From an uncultured Clostridia bacterium (GTDB lineage Bacteria; Bacillota; Clostridia; Oscillospirales; Ruminococcaceae): DNA of 64,000 bases. Of this stretch, positions 9,473 to 18,740 are shown piece by piece (within the stretch, counting starts at the first letter, position 1; each line of letters starts with the position of its first letter). A program made the translations under genes and the position numbers. The stretch is taken from NCBI GenBank assembly GCA_947628655.1, contig CANRAS010000007.1, forward strand, positions 1-64,000. Reading direction: 5' to 3'. The notes beneath the pieces are model-generated. The model was not told the DNA's origin and searched no databases. It worked only from the letters and a program-made list of their open reading frames with translations.

Positions 9473-9501
9473 TTGACAACTCCGACCAAATGTAGTATAA
9501 T
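9473..9501 (+). promoter_or_regulatory. sigma-A promoter (TTGACA-17-TATAAT) for the TetR/ABC operon
   Basis: Perfect consensus hexamers with a 17 nt spacer about 55 nt upstream of the TetR start. Confidence 0.6.
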
Positions 9502-9559
9502 ATGATAAGTAACATAAGTTACGCAATGTTTGTTGCTTATTGAGAAAGGAGTGTCAAAA

Positions 9560-10111
9560 TTGCCCCCAAAATTCAAATTCACCCGCGATGAAATCACAAG
9601 CGCCGCCGTGAACGTCACTCGAAAAAAGGGACCGGACGGGCTGACCGCGCGGGCTTTGGCTGAAGAATTGGGCTGTTCCGTGAAACCGATTTTCGGACTG
9701 TTCAAGAATATGGAGGAGGTGCAAAGCGCGGTTATGAACGCGGCGCAGGATATTTACGAAAGCTATCTTGCCGAAGATATGACATCGGGGAAATATCCGC
9801 TCTATAAGGCGAGCGGAATGGCGTATATTCGTTTTGCGAAAGAGGAACGGGAGTTGTTTAAACTGCTGTTTATGCGCGACCGCGGCGGTGAACCGCTTGA
9901 ACCTACACGAGAGGTTGACGCGATAATCCCGATTATTATGAAAACCACGGGGCTTTCGCGGGAGCAGGCGGAGCGGTTTCATCTGGAGATGTGGGTGGTA
10001 GTTCACGGTATCGCGTCGATGATTGCCACTTCGTACCTTATATGGAACGAGGAGCAAATCAGCGGAGTGATGACTGATTTCTATACGGGGTTGAGAACAG
10101 TTTACAAGTAG
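9560..10111 (+). CDS. TetR/AcrR family transcriptional regulator
   Basis: N-terminal HTH (..ITSAAVNVTRKKGPDGLTARALAEELGCSVKPIFGLFKNMEE..). The likely start is the TTG after the AAAGGAG RBS (MPPKFKF..); the ORF track starts 30 nt earlier. Confidence 0.7.
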   Translation: MPPKFKFTRDEITSAAVNVTRKKGPDGLTARALAEELGCSVKPIFGLFKNMEEVQSAVMNAAQDIYESYLAEDMTSGKYPLYKASGMAYIRFAKEERELFKLLFMRDRGGEPLEPTREVDAIIPIIMKTTGLSREQAERFHLEMWVVVHGIASMIATSYLIWNEEQISGVMTDFYTGLRTVYK

Positions 10112-10168
10112 TTGCTGGTTGCGGACTTTCGCCCGCTTAAATATTGTATTTGAAAAGGAAGTGATAAA

Positions 10169-10897
10169 ATGGACGCTATCAAAACGGTTGGTCTTACAAA
10201 AAAGTATAAGGATTTGACCGCTGTAGACGGTTTGGAATTGTGTGTTCCGCAAGGTGAGCTTTTCGCACTGCTCGGTGTAAACGGCGCGGGAAAAACCACT
10301 ACTATCAAAATGCTGACGGGGCTTTGTGTGCCTACGTCGGGCGACGCTTTTTTAAACGGCAAAAGTATTGTTACCGAAAGCGCGTCGGTAAAGCAGATGA
10401 TAGCCGTGTCACCGCAGGAAACGGCGGTTGCGCCGAATTTAACGGTGGGGGAAAATCTGTTCTTGCTTGCGGGAGTTCACGGATTTCCCAAAGGAAAATC
10501 CGCCGAAAAGGTCGAACGGTTATGTGCGCAGTTCAACCTAGGGGATATATTTGACAAAAAAGCCAAGAAACTTTCGGGCGGCAGACAGCGCAGTCTGAGC
10601 ATTGCCATGGCGCTTATCAGCGAACCGCAGATACTTTTTCTGGACGAGCCGACGCTCGGACTTGATGTTTTCGCGCGAAGTGATTTGTGGGATATAATAC
10701 GCGGTCTTAAAGGAAAAACCACCGTGGTATTGACTACGCACTACATGGAGGAAGCGGAGGAACTTTCCGACCGTGTCGGGATAATGGTAAGCGGACGGCT
10801 TGTTGCCGTGGGTACTCCCGATGAACTGAAACAAAAAGCGGGCGCAGAGAAATTCGAGGACGCTTTCGTCAGCATTGTAAAGGGGGCGAGAAAATGA
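10169..10897 (+). CDS. ABC transporter ATP-binding protein
   Basis: Walker A GVNGAGKTT, ABC signature LSGGRQRSLSIAMAL, Walker B ILFLDEPTLGLD. An RBS GGAAGTGA is present. Confidence 0.85.
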   Translation: MDAIKTVGLTKKYKDLTAVDGLELCVPQGELFALLGVNGAGKTTTIKMLTGLCVPTSGDAFLNGKSIVTESASVKQMIAVSPQETAVAPNLTVGENLFLLAGVHGFPKGKSAEKVERLCAQFNLGDIFDKKAKKLSGGRQRSLSIAMALISEPQILFLDEPTLGLDVFARSDLWDIIRGLKGKTTVVLTTHYMEEAEELSDRVGIMVSGRLVAVGTPDELKQKAGAEKFEDAFVSIVKGARK

Positions 10898-11625
10898 AAA
10901 TGTTTGCGTTTACCGTGCGCAACGTCAAGGAAATATTGCGCGACCCGCTGAATATTATGTTCGGTTTGGGATTTCCGATAGTTGTGCTGTTGATTTTATC
11001 CGCGATACAGGCGAATATTCCCGTGGATTTATTCAAAATAGAAACGCTTTCTCCCGGAATAGTCGTGTTCGGCTTGTCGTTTATGACGCTGTTTTCGGCA
11101 ATGCTTATTTCAAAGGACAGAGGGAGTTCTTTTCTGCAAAGGTTGTACACCACGCCTTTAACGTCAACGGATTTTATTTTAGGGTATTTTCTTCCGCTGT
11201 TGCCGATATGTATAGCGCAGTCGGCGGTATGCTTTGGTGCGGCAATGATTTTGGGACTTACACCTACAATACATATTGCCTCGGCGATAGGGTTCACCCT
11301 GCTTGTCGCGTGGCTGTTCGTGTCGCTGGGACTGTTGTTCGGAAGTATTCTGAACGACAAGCAGGTGGGCGGAATATGCGGCGCATTGCTGACCAATCTG
11401 TCGGCGTGGCTTTCGGGGATTTGGTTTGATTTGAATTTAGTCGGCGGTACGTTCAAAAAAATAGCGGATTGTCTGCCGTTCGTCCACGCCGTGGAATTGG
11501 AACGCGCGGTTCTGCGCGGCGATTACGCGGGAGTATTCCCGCACGTCTGGTGGGTGGCAGGTTATGCGTCTGTTGTTTCTGTCGGCGCGGTAGGCGCGTT
11601 TATACTACAGCGTAAAAGGGGGTAA
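10894..11625 (+). CDS. ABC-2 family transporter permease
   Basis: Overlaps the ATPase stop by 4 bp (ATGA). Six predicted TM helices, 243 aa. Confidence 0.7.
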   Translation: MKMFAFTVRNVKEILRDPLNIMFGLGFPIVVLLILSAIQANIPVDLFKIETLSPGIVVFGLSFMTLFSAMLISKDRGSSFLQRLYTTPLTSTDFILGYFLPLLPICIAQSAVCFGAAMILGLTPTIHIASAIGFTLLVAWLFVSLGLLFGSILNDKQVGGICGALLTNLSAWLSGIWFDLNLVGGTFKKIADCLPFVHAVELERAVLRGDYAGVFPHVWWVAGYASVVSVGAVGAFILQRKRG

Positions 11626-11719
11626 AGTTTTTAGAGAATAATCCGCTTTGCGGATTATTCAGTTAGCGGGCAATCTGCAAAGCGGATTGCCCGCTAACTG
11701 CTATTCTCCAAAAAACTAC

Positions 11720-11748
11720 TTGACTTTCCCTCCCCAATATGCTATAAT
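11720..11748 (+). promoter_or_regulatory. sigma-A promoter (TTGACT-17-TATAAT) for the Y-family polymerase operon
   Basis: Near-consensus hexamers 25 nt upstream of the start. No LexA-type GAAC-N4-GTTC box was seen nearby. Confidence 0.5.
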
Positions 11749-11772
11749 AAACTAAGTACATACGGTGGTGAT

Positions 11773-13266
11773 TTGATGAACAATAGAACTTTTGTCGCAA
11801 TCGACTTGAAATCGTTCTACGCGTCCGTTGAGTGCGTCGAGCGCGGGCTTGACCCACTTGACGCTAACCTCGTTGTCGCGGACGCGGAACGTACCGAAAA
11901 AACTATCTGCCTTGCCGTGTCAAGCGCTCTCAAAACGTTCGGCGTAGGCAGCCGACCGCGCTTGTTCGAGGTCGTGGAGCGGGTACGGCAGGTAAACAAT
12001 ATCCGTAAGCGAAACACGCCCGGCAAGATGTTTTCGGGAAAGTCCGTTTCGTTGTCGGAACTTAACAACAACCGCTTTCTTGAAGTCGGCTATATCGTCG
12101 CGCCGCCGCGAATGGCGCTCTATATTCGCTATAGTACCGAAATTTACAATATTTACCTGCGCTACTTTTCCCCCGATGATATTCATGTGTATTCAATAGA
12201 TGAAGTATTTATTGACGTGACAAATTATCTCGAACTGTACAAAACGACCGCACATCAGCTTACAATCAAGATTATTCGTGAAGTGCTGTCGGAAACGGGA
12301 ATTACCGCGACGGCGGGCATCGGCACGAATTTGTACTTGTGCAAAATAGCAATGGATATAGTGGCAAAGCACATTCCCGCCGATAAGGACGGCGTTCGCA
12401 TTGCCGAACTTGACGAGGAAAGTTACAAGGAACAGTTGTGGTCGCACACTCCGATAACCGATTTCTGGAGAACGGGCGCGGGTACGGCAAAACGGCTGGA
12501 AAAACTCGGTATTTACACAATGGGCGATATTGCTCGGCATTCCCTTGACCGCCGTCTTATCGGGAGAATTTACGCCGCACTCGGCAAAAACGCGGAACTT
12601 TTGATTGACCACGCATGGGGCATAGAACCCGTTACAATCGCTGATATAAAAGCCTATAAGCCGAGTTCCAACAGCGTAAGTACGGGGCAAGTGCTGTCGC
12701 GTCCGTATTCCTATGGCGAGGCGCGTTTGATAGTCAAGGAAATGGCGGATAATTTGTCGCTGGACTTGGCTGAAAAAAATCTCGTGACAAGTAAAATCAC
12801 GCTGACAATCGGCTATGACTGCGAAAGCCTGAACGTCTGTCCTTACTATTCGGGAGAAGTCACCACCGACCATTATGGGCGGATTATCCCGAAACACGCG
12901 CACGGCACGGAAAATCTCGCGCGTCAAACGTTTTCCTCCCGAAAAATCAGAGAATTGGCGGTTAGCTTGTTTGAACGTATTGTAAACCCAAATCTTCTTG
13001 TTCGGCGAATTAACATCTGCGCTTGTGAAGTTGCCAAAAAGGACGAGAACGCCGACGATTACATCGGCGAACAGCTTGACTTGTTCACCGATTACGAAAA
13101 ACGGGAGCAAAACGCCGCCCGTGAGCGGCGCGAGGAGGACATTCAGCTTGCCGTCTTGAAAATCAAGCGGAAATTCGGCAAGAACGCGATTTTAAAGGGA
13201 ATGAACTTTGAGCCGAGCGCGACAACGCAAGACCGCAATCGGCAGATAGGCGGGCATAAGGCGTAG
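11773..13266 (+). CDS. Y-family DNA polymerase (UmuC/YqjW/UvrX-like translesion polymerase)
   Basis: N-terminus FVAIDLKSFYASVECVER matches the Y-family palm motif (IDxxxFYAS.E). 497 aa. Followed by a YolD-like small gene. Confidence 0.75.
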   Translation: MMNNRTFVAIDLKSFYASVECVERGLDPLDANLVVADAERTEKTICLAVSSALKTFGVGSRPRLFEVVERVRQVNNIRKRNTPGKMFSGKSVSLSELNNNRFLEVGYIVAPPRMALYIRYSTEIYNIYLRYFSPDDIHVYSIDEVFIDVTNYLELYKTTAHQLTIKIIREVLSETGITATAGIGTNLYLCKIAMDIVAKHIPADKDGVRIAELDEESYKEQLWSHTPITDFWRTGAGTAKRLEKLGIYTMGDIARHSLDRRLIGRIYAALGKNAELLIDHAWGIEPVTIADIKAYKPSSNSVSTGQVLSRPYSYGEARLIVKEMADNLSLDLAEKNLVTSKITLTIGYDCESLNVCPYYSGEVTTDHYGRIIPKHAHGTENLARQTFSSRKIRELAVSLFERIVNPNLLVRRINICACEVAKKDENADDYIGEQLDLFTDYEKREQNAARERREEDIQLAVLKIKRKFGKNAILKGMNFEPSATTQDRNRQIGGHKA

Positions 13267-13287
13267 CATAAATTAAGGAGGAAAGTT

Positions 13288-13476
13288 ATGGAGCGTAATT
13301 ACGATGATATAAAGCAACTCTCGCGACCGCAGTATGACGACTTGCCGCCGATGTCGATAAGCGACCGCGCGGCACAGTTTTCGGCGTTCGCGGCACTCAC
13401 GGGATACGAGGACGCGATTGAAGAAACGGCGAAACGCGTTGAGCAGGTAACAGCTAACAGCGCGGAGGGGTTTTAG
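13288..13476 (+). CDS. YolD-like small protein (UmuD-like accessory of Firmicute Y-family polymerases)
   Basis: Strong RBS AAGGAGG. The motif DRAAQFSAFAALTGYEDAIEE resembles the YolD family core (R..QF.PFAAL.G). It sits 21 nt downstream of the polymerase gene. Confidence 0.5.
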   Translation: MERNYDDIKQLSRPQYDDLPPMSISDRAAQFSAFAALTGYEDAIEETAKRVEQVTANSAEGF

Positions 13477-13552
13477 GGAATAGATGTTAGAAGTAAGAAG
13501 TAAGAGGTAAGCGGGCAATCCGCTTTGCGTATTGCCCGCTAACTACTAATAA

Positions 13553-14965
13553 CTATTCTCTAATCACTACACGCGCCTCGCCTAGCTCCCTATACGTCCT
13601 CGCAATTAAGCACACGGCGATTAGGAACGTCAGAATATCCGACGCGGGCATTGAGTACAGCACGCCGTCAAGTCCGAAGAATTTCGGAAGTATAAGTGCA
13701 AAACCTACGCCGAACACTATTTCCCTTATCATCGAAAGCAGAGTTGACGACAGCGCCTTGCCCATGGCTTGAAGAAAAATAAAGCACGCCTTGTTTACAC
13801 AAGCGAAAATTATCATACAAAGATAAACGCGGAACGCTCTCACGGCGAAGTCCGTGTAGTATGCGCTTTCGTTCGCCGCGCCGAATATGTTTATAAGCCC
13901 GTGCGGGAAAAATTCCGCTATAACAAGCGCTATCGCGCCTACAATTGCCTCTGCCGCAAGAAGTTTTGTGAACAGTTCCTTTACGCGGTTTCTCTTTTCA
14001 GCGCCCATATTAAAGCCGACTATCGGAATACAGCCCGCCGCCATTCCTACTACTATTGAAATTACTATTTGGAAGAATTTCATCACTATGCCGACTACCG
14101 CCATAGGAATTTGCGCGTACTGTTCCTGTCCGAAAATGTTGTCCAAAGCGCCGTATTTCCTTATCATATTGTTTATCGCCGCCATAGCCGCAACGAGAGA
14201 TATTTGCGATAAAAAACTTGTTATTCCCAAAGCGAGAGTTTTACGGCAGATTTCCGCGCTTAGTTTAAAGTCCTCCGCGCGCGGCTTTACAAGTTTCATG
14301 TGAACAATATACCGCACGGCGAGCGCGGCGGTCACTATCTGTCCCAAAACGGTCGCGACAGCGGCGCCCATCATTCCCCATTTGAAAGCAAATATAAACA
14401 AGGGGTCGAGTATAATATTGACCACCGCGCCTGCAAGCGTTGACGCCATAGCAAATTTCGGACTGCCGTCCGCGCGGATAATCGGGTTCAGCGCCTGACC
14501 GAACATATAAAACGGTATTCCTATAGTGATATAAAAGAAATATTCACGCGACAGTCTGTAGGTTTCTTCGTTTACCGTGCCGCCAAACATTGAGATTATT
14601 TGGTTAGAAAAAATAAGATAAACAGCGCAAAGCACAAGACCGCCGATTATCACGATAACAACGGAATTTCCAACGCTTTTTCGCGCCTTCTCGGGGCTGT
14701 TTTTCCCCAAATTAATGCTGATAAACGCGCAAGCCCCGTCGCCTATCATCACGGCAACCGCAAGCGCTATTACAGTCAGCGGGAACACAACGGTGTTCGC
14801 GGCGTTCCCGTAAGAGCCGAGATACGACGCGTTAGCTATGAAAATCTGGTCAACGATATTGTAAAGCGCGCCTACAAGCAACGATACAATGCACGGCAGA
14901 GCGTATTTTTTCATAAGCCTGCCAATGCGTTCTTCCCCCAAAAAACTGTTTGCTGTATTTTCCAT
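13553..14965 (-). CDS. MATE family efflux transporter
   Basis: N-terminus ..RIGRLMKKYALPCIVSLLVGALYNIVDQIFIAN is typical of MATE/NorM; 12 TM helices. The start is probably the internal Met (MENTANS). Confidence 0.8.
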   Translation of the reverse strand: MENTANSFLGEERIGRLMKKYALPCIVSLLVGALYNIVDQIFIANASYLGSYGNAANTVVFPLTVIALAVAVMIGDGACAFISINLGKNSPEKARKSVGNSVVIVIIGGLVLCAVYLIFSNQIISMFGGTVNEETYRLSREYFFYITIGIPFYMFGQALNPIIRADGSPKFAMASTLAGAVVNIILDPLFIFAFKWGMMGAAVATVLGQIVTAALAVRYIVHMKLVKPRAEDFKLSAEICRKTLALGITSFLSQISLVAAMAAINNMIRKYGALDNIFGQEQYAQIPMAVVGIVMKFFQIVISIVVGMAAGCIPIVGFNMGAEKRNRVKELFTKLLAAEAIVGAIALVIAEFFPHGLINIFGAANESAYYTDFAVRAFRVYLCMIIFACVNKACFIFLQAMGKALSSTLLSMIREIVFGVGFALILPKFFGLDGVLYSMPASDILTFLIAVCLIARTYRELGEARVVIRE

Positions 14966-15354
14966 ATCAATCTGTCCTTTCAAATGAATTTTTGCACAAA
15001 AAAATAAACGTGTGTCGTCCAACCGGATTTACGCAGTTGAACGCCACACGTTGTAATTATATTATACGCAAATTTTGCCGAAAATGCAACGGGCATTTTT
15101 TACAATTTTGAGATTAATTTCAAACGCCCGCCGTGCGCAAAATGCACAATCAGCGGGGTATTGTCAAGCGGAAACACACGGACAACCGCTCCTACCGCCA
15201 ACGGCGGGAAACGGTTACTCACTTCAGCGCAAAATATGTCACACGTTTATTGCTTGACATTTTCGGCTTGTTGTGATATGATGTAATTACAAGAAGTCGG
15301 TCGGGTATTAAGGATTACTGACAAATCGGAATTTACAAAAGCAGGTGAAAGCAG

Positions 15355-15813
15355 ATGTTAACAAAATCTTTTGAACCAATTGAGTACCATAAAGAATATG
15401 AACCTCTCTTGATTTCTTTTTTAGAAAACTGTTTGCCTGAATCTCACAGGTGCTTGGATATAAACGGTCGGCATAGTTATTATTTGAGTATTGAAGAACA
15501 CTTCAAGGGTTTTTGGTGTATGTTTGACGGAAACAGAATAATCGGTACAGTTGCGATTGCTGAATTAGACAGCATAAGCTGCGAATTGAAATCATTATAT
15601 CTGTCAGAAAAGTATCACGGTATGGGATACGGAAAAAAGTTGCTAATGCATGCAGTAAACAAAGCAAAAAATTATGAATATCAAAAAATGTATCTTGATT
15701 CCCTATCAACAAGTACAAAAGCAGTTGCCTTATATCGCAGAGTTGGATTTATTGATACCGAAAAATATAATTCAAGTGTATATTCAGATGTGTTCATGAT
15801 TTTGGAATTATAA
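15355..15813 (+). CDS. GNAT family N-acetyltransferase
   Basis: Acetyl-CoA binding motif region (..YHGMGYGKKLLMHAVNKAK..). 152 aa, RBS AGGTGA. Its codon usage is markedly AT-rich compared with its neighbours. Confidence 0.7.
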   Translation: MLTKSFEPIEYHKEYEPLLISFLENCLPESHRCLDINGRHSYYLSIEEHFKGFWCMFDGNRIIGTVAIAELDSISCELKSLYLSEKYHGMGYGKKLLMHAVNKAKNYEYQKMYLDSLSTSTKAVALYRRVGFIDTEKYNSSVYSDVFMILEL

Positions 15814-15910
15814 ATCTCCGTTTATCAAGTAGATAATAACTTAATAACCATATGAGAAGGATCGCATCATATCAGTTTACAGCGCAAAGTTAAGAGTAAA
15901 TAGTATACAA

Positions 15911-15948
15911 CCGCTCCCTCGCCGTAGGTGGGGGGAGCGGTTTTGTGT
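15911..15948 (+). terminator. rho-independent terminator after the GNAT gene
   Basis: Stem ccgctccc...gggagcgg followed by ttttgtgtt. Confidence 0.5.
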
Positions 15949-16127
15949 TAAAACAGCTTTGACTTCTATATCTTACCTCTTACAGGGTTATCCGCAAAAC
16001 GGATAACTTGCTAACCTCTAATAGCGCTACTCTATTCATACTATTTACTCAACACTATTACCTGTAAACTGATGACGGCGGGGAGGGCGCTTGAAAATTG
16101 TTTTTGCGGAATATTTTTAAAAAGCGG

Positions 16128-16156
16128 TTGACAAAGCGGAAATAATATGATATTAT
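16128..16156 (+). promoter_or_regulatory. promoter (TTGACA-17-TATTAT) of the type III toxin-antitoxin locus
   Basis: Consensus -35 and a near-consensus -10 immediately upstream of the repeat array. Confidence 0.55.
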
Positions 16157-16170
16157 ATAAACATAGGAGT

Positions 16171-16330
16171 AATGTATAAACTCTTATGGCGGTTTCCTCG
16201 CCGTGCTAAAATGGGAATTATAAGAGATGCAGCCCTAGCAGGATAAATAATTGGGAGCGATAAAAGACGGGAGCCCTACCGGTATAAACAAATGGGAGCG
16301 ATTAAAGTCGGGATGCCCTACCGTGCAAAG
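16171..16330 (+). ncRNA. type III antitoxin RNA (ToxI-like): ~3.5 imperfect tandem repeats of 40-41 nt
   Basis: Repeats aatgggaattataagagatgcagccctagcaggataaat, aattgggagcgataaaagacgggagccctaccggtataaac and aaatgggagcgattaaagtcgggatgccctaccgtgcaaagc, plus a degenerate leading copy. They lie between a promoter and a terminator immediately upstream of toxN, which is the canonical type III arrangement. Confidence 0.65.
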
Positions 16331-16339
16331 CAGGATACA

Positions 16340-16367
16340 AAGGCTGTGTTCGTCACAGCCTTTTTTA
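16340..16367 (+). terminator. rho-independent terminator between the antitoxin repeats and toxN
   Basis: aaggctgtg-ttcg-tcacagcctt followed by TTTTTT. This is the classic attenuating terminator of type III TA loci. Confidence 0.8.
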
Positions 16368-16394
16368 TTAAAGAAAGATAGGTAATGACAGGAT

Positions 16395-16943
16395 ATGAAA
16401 CGCCCATTATTAGATTTATATTATGTAGATATGAAATATGTCCGGGAACTGCATAACGCCGATGACAATGTAATGTCGGTTTCTCCGCAGACAGGAAAAG
16501 CGGCACGCCCGTTTTTGGGATTGGTTATTGTTATGGAAACAAAGAAATATTGTATACCTTTGACTTCACCCAAAAAAGACAAGTTTAAAAGCAAGTCAAG
16601 AGTTGACTTTATCAAAATTCCCGACCCAAAAAGAAAAGATGAACACGGGGCGGCTTTAACTATCGGAATACTAAACTTAAACAATATGATACCCGTGTCG
16701 GAAAACGTCATTCAAAAAATAGATTTATCCAAATCAACAACTTTTAATAGGGATTTGTTGATAAACGAGTTAAAATGGTGCAGAGATAATTTTGATGTTA
16801 TATCAAACAGGGCGAATAAGCTGTACACCAAAATCACGCTGTTCCCCGACAAAGACCGAAATTTAACCCGCCGCTGCTGTAATTTCAAGAAACTTGAACA
16901 AGTTCTTGAAAAATATCTTAATAAAATGGCGATACATACTTAA
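16395..16943 (+). CDS. toxN: type III toxin-antitoxin system endoribonuclease toxin, ToxN/AbiQ family
   Basis: Aligns to Pectobacterium ToxN. FLGLVIVMETKKYCIPLTSPKK matches FIGIVLEIQGHKYLAPLTSPKK, GILNLNNMIPV matches GLINLKFMIPI, and the C-terminal ..CNFKKLEQVLEKY.. matches ..CDFSLLEEKY... 182 aa. Confidence 0.9.
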   Translation: MKRPLLDLYYVDMKYVRELHNADDNVMSVSPQTGKAARPFLGLVIVMETKKYCIPLTSPKKDKFKSKSRVDFIKIPDPKRKDEHGAALTIGILNLNNMIPVSENVIQKIDLSKSTTFNRDLLINELKWCRDNFDVISNRANKLYTKITLFPDKDRNLTRRCCNFKKLEQVLEKYLNKMAIHT

Positions 16944-17160
16944 AGTATCAATAGCCGTTTTCCCCGCCTGTTATCAGTTTACAGGGCTCAGTGCAAAGTA
17001 TTAAACCCTCTCCCCGCCGTGAGCGGGGAGAGGGCGCGCTTTTTAGCGTGTCAACGCAACGACCCGCAGGTCTTACCTCGAAAGTTGCGCCACAAAGGCT
17101 AGTGTGGATAGAGGCATTTGTTAAGCATGTGGCGCAACTTTGACTTCTTACTTCTTACTC

Positions 17161-18510
17161 CTATTCATCTTCCTTGGGCAATCTTCGATATAAACTAAAA
17201 TACATCGTAACAAAGCACGCCAGACCGCCTAAAACGTTGGAAATGGGTTCGGCGGTGAATACCCCGTCCGCGCCCATACCTACGCGCGGGAGAATTAACG
17301 TCAGGGGAACGACTATTATCGCTTTCCTCAAAAGCGAGAAGAATATCGCGCGCTTTGTACAGCCAAGCGCCGTAAAGGACGACTGCCCCGTAAACTGGAG
17401 CGCCATAAAGCAAAATCCGAAGAAATATATTCCCAGCGCGTGCGACGCCGCCTCTATCATCTCTTTGTCCGATGTGAATACCGACACGATAACGTGCGGG
17501 AACGCGAGTACCAAAAGCCACGCCGCGACGGTATAGATAATTCCTACGCAAGCCATAAAGAATATTCCGCGGCGCACGCGCGTAAATTTTTTCGCTCCGT
17601 AATTGTAGCTTATTACGGGCTGTGAACCTCCCGTAAGCGACTGAATGGGCAGTGTGAAAATATCGCGGACGGAATTAAGCACGGTCATTATTCCGACATA
17701 CAAATCCCCGCCAAATTCGCGTAATGTTGACGTGCAGGCGACTTGCACCATACAGTTCGTTCCCTGCACGATAAATCCCGAAAGTCCGAGCGAGGTTATC
17801 TTTCCGATTGTCGCACCGTCAGGGATAAGATTTGATTTTCTGATATGATAAAGCGTTTTCTTCCCAAAGAAAAACGACACAGCCCACGCGGCGGACACCG
17901 CTTGACTTATGACGGTCGCGAGCGCGGCGCCCTCAATCCCTAAACCGAACACAAATATAAATATCGGGTCGAGAATTAAATTCATAGCCGCGCCGATAAA
18001 TATTGTCAGCATTCCCGTCCGCGGGAAACCCTGCGCGTTAATAAAGCCGTTAAGTCCCGTTGAGAGCATTGAAAACGTCGTGCCGAGCAGGTAGATTTTA
18101 AGATAACTGTCGGCGTAGAAATACGATGTGTCGCTTGCTCCGAACAGATACAGTACAGGTTTTCTGAAAATAAGGCACACCGCGCAAATCAGCACGGAAC
18201 TCACAGTCAGCAGCATAAACGACTGCCCCAAAATATGTTCGGCTTTCTTTTCGTTCTTAGCGCCTCTTGCAATTGAAAACAACGGTGTACCGCCCTGTCC
18301 GAACAGATTAGTAAACGCCGCGACAAGGCTTGTAAGCGGGAACGCGAGACCTATTCCCGTAAGCGCAATACTTCCTATATCGGGCAAATGACCGATATAA
18401 ATTCTGTCAACGACGTTATAAAGGAGTTGTACAAGCTGAGCGAACAGCAGCGGTACAGACTGCGCGACGATATTCTTCCACACAGCCCCCTGTGAGAAGT
18501 CGTTTTTCAT
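17161..18510 (-). CDS. MATE family efflux transporter
   Basis: N-terminus ..WKNIVAQSVPLLFAQLVQLLYNVVDRIYIGHL is typical of MATE. The likely start is MKNDF after RBS AAGGTGA; the ORF track starts 9 nt earlier at a GTG. Confidence 0.8.
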   Translation of the reverse strand: MKNDFSQGAVWKNIVAQSVPLLFAQLVQLLYNVVDRIYIGHLPDIGSIALTGIGLAFPLTSLVAAFTNLFGQGGTPLFSIARGAKNEKKAEHILGQSFMLLTVSSVLICAVCLIFRKPVLYLFGASDTSYFYADSYLKIYLLGTTFSMLSTGLNGFINAQGFPRTGMLTIFIGAAMNLILDPIFIFVFGLGIEGAALATVISQAVSAAWAVSFFFGKKTLYHIRKSNLIPDGATIGKITSLGLSGFIVQGTNCMVQVACTSTLREFGGDLYVGIMTVLNSVRDIFTLPIQSLTGGSQPVISYNYGAKKFTRVRRGIFFMACVGIIYTVAAWLLVLAFPHVIVSVFTSDKEMIEAASHALGIYFFGFCFMALQFTGQSSFTALGCTKRAIFFSLLRKAIIVVPLTLILPRVGMGADGVFTAEPISNVLGGLACFVTMYFSLYRRLPKEDE

Positions 18511-18589
18511 GGCTGTCACCTTGGTTTTATTGGATTTATTAAGTTAATTATAGCATATTTTGAGAGTGTTGTCAATGCAGTTGCTAGAG

Positions 18590-18740
18590 AATAGTAGCTA
18601 GTAGCTAGTTTTGGGCACGGAAAGATTGTCTTTGAGTTAAGAGGTTGATTTTCTAGGGAAAAGCGTTCCCCCGCTCGTACGGCGGGGAGGGCGCGTGTTT
18701 ATTTTACCTGCGACGGTTGAAACTCTTACCTCTTACATCT
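18590..18740. repeat. dispersed intergenic element copy (..tagttttgggcacggaaAGATTGTCTttgagttaagagg.. + hairpin cccccgctcgtacggcgggg + cttacctcttac motifs)
   Basis: Shares the AGATTGTCT core and the ccccgcNNNNNgcgggg hairpin with other copies. Confidence 0.6.

Noticed and set aside
11640-11775. LexA/SOS box upstream of the Y-family polymerase
   Set aside because: No GAAC-N4-GTTC or CGAACRNRYGTTYC-type palindrome was found between the upstream hairpin and the start codon.
15355-15813. The GNAT as a tRNA-acetylating TA toxin (AtaT/TacT-like)
   Set aside because: No small RHH or DUF1778 antitoxin ORF lies adjacent. The neighbouring TA is the RNA-protein type III system with its own promoter, so the GNAT is more simply an ordinary acetyltransferase on the same islet.
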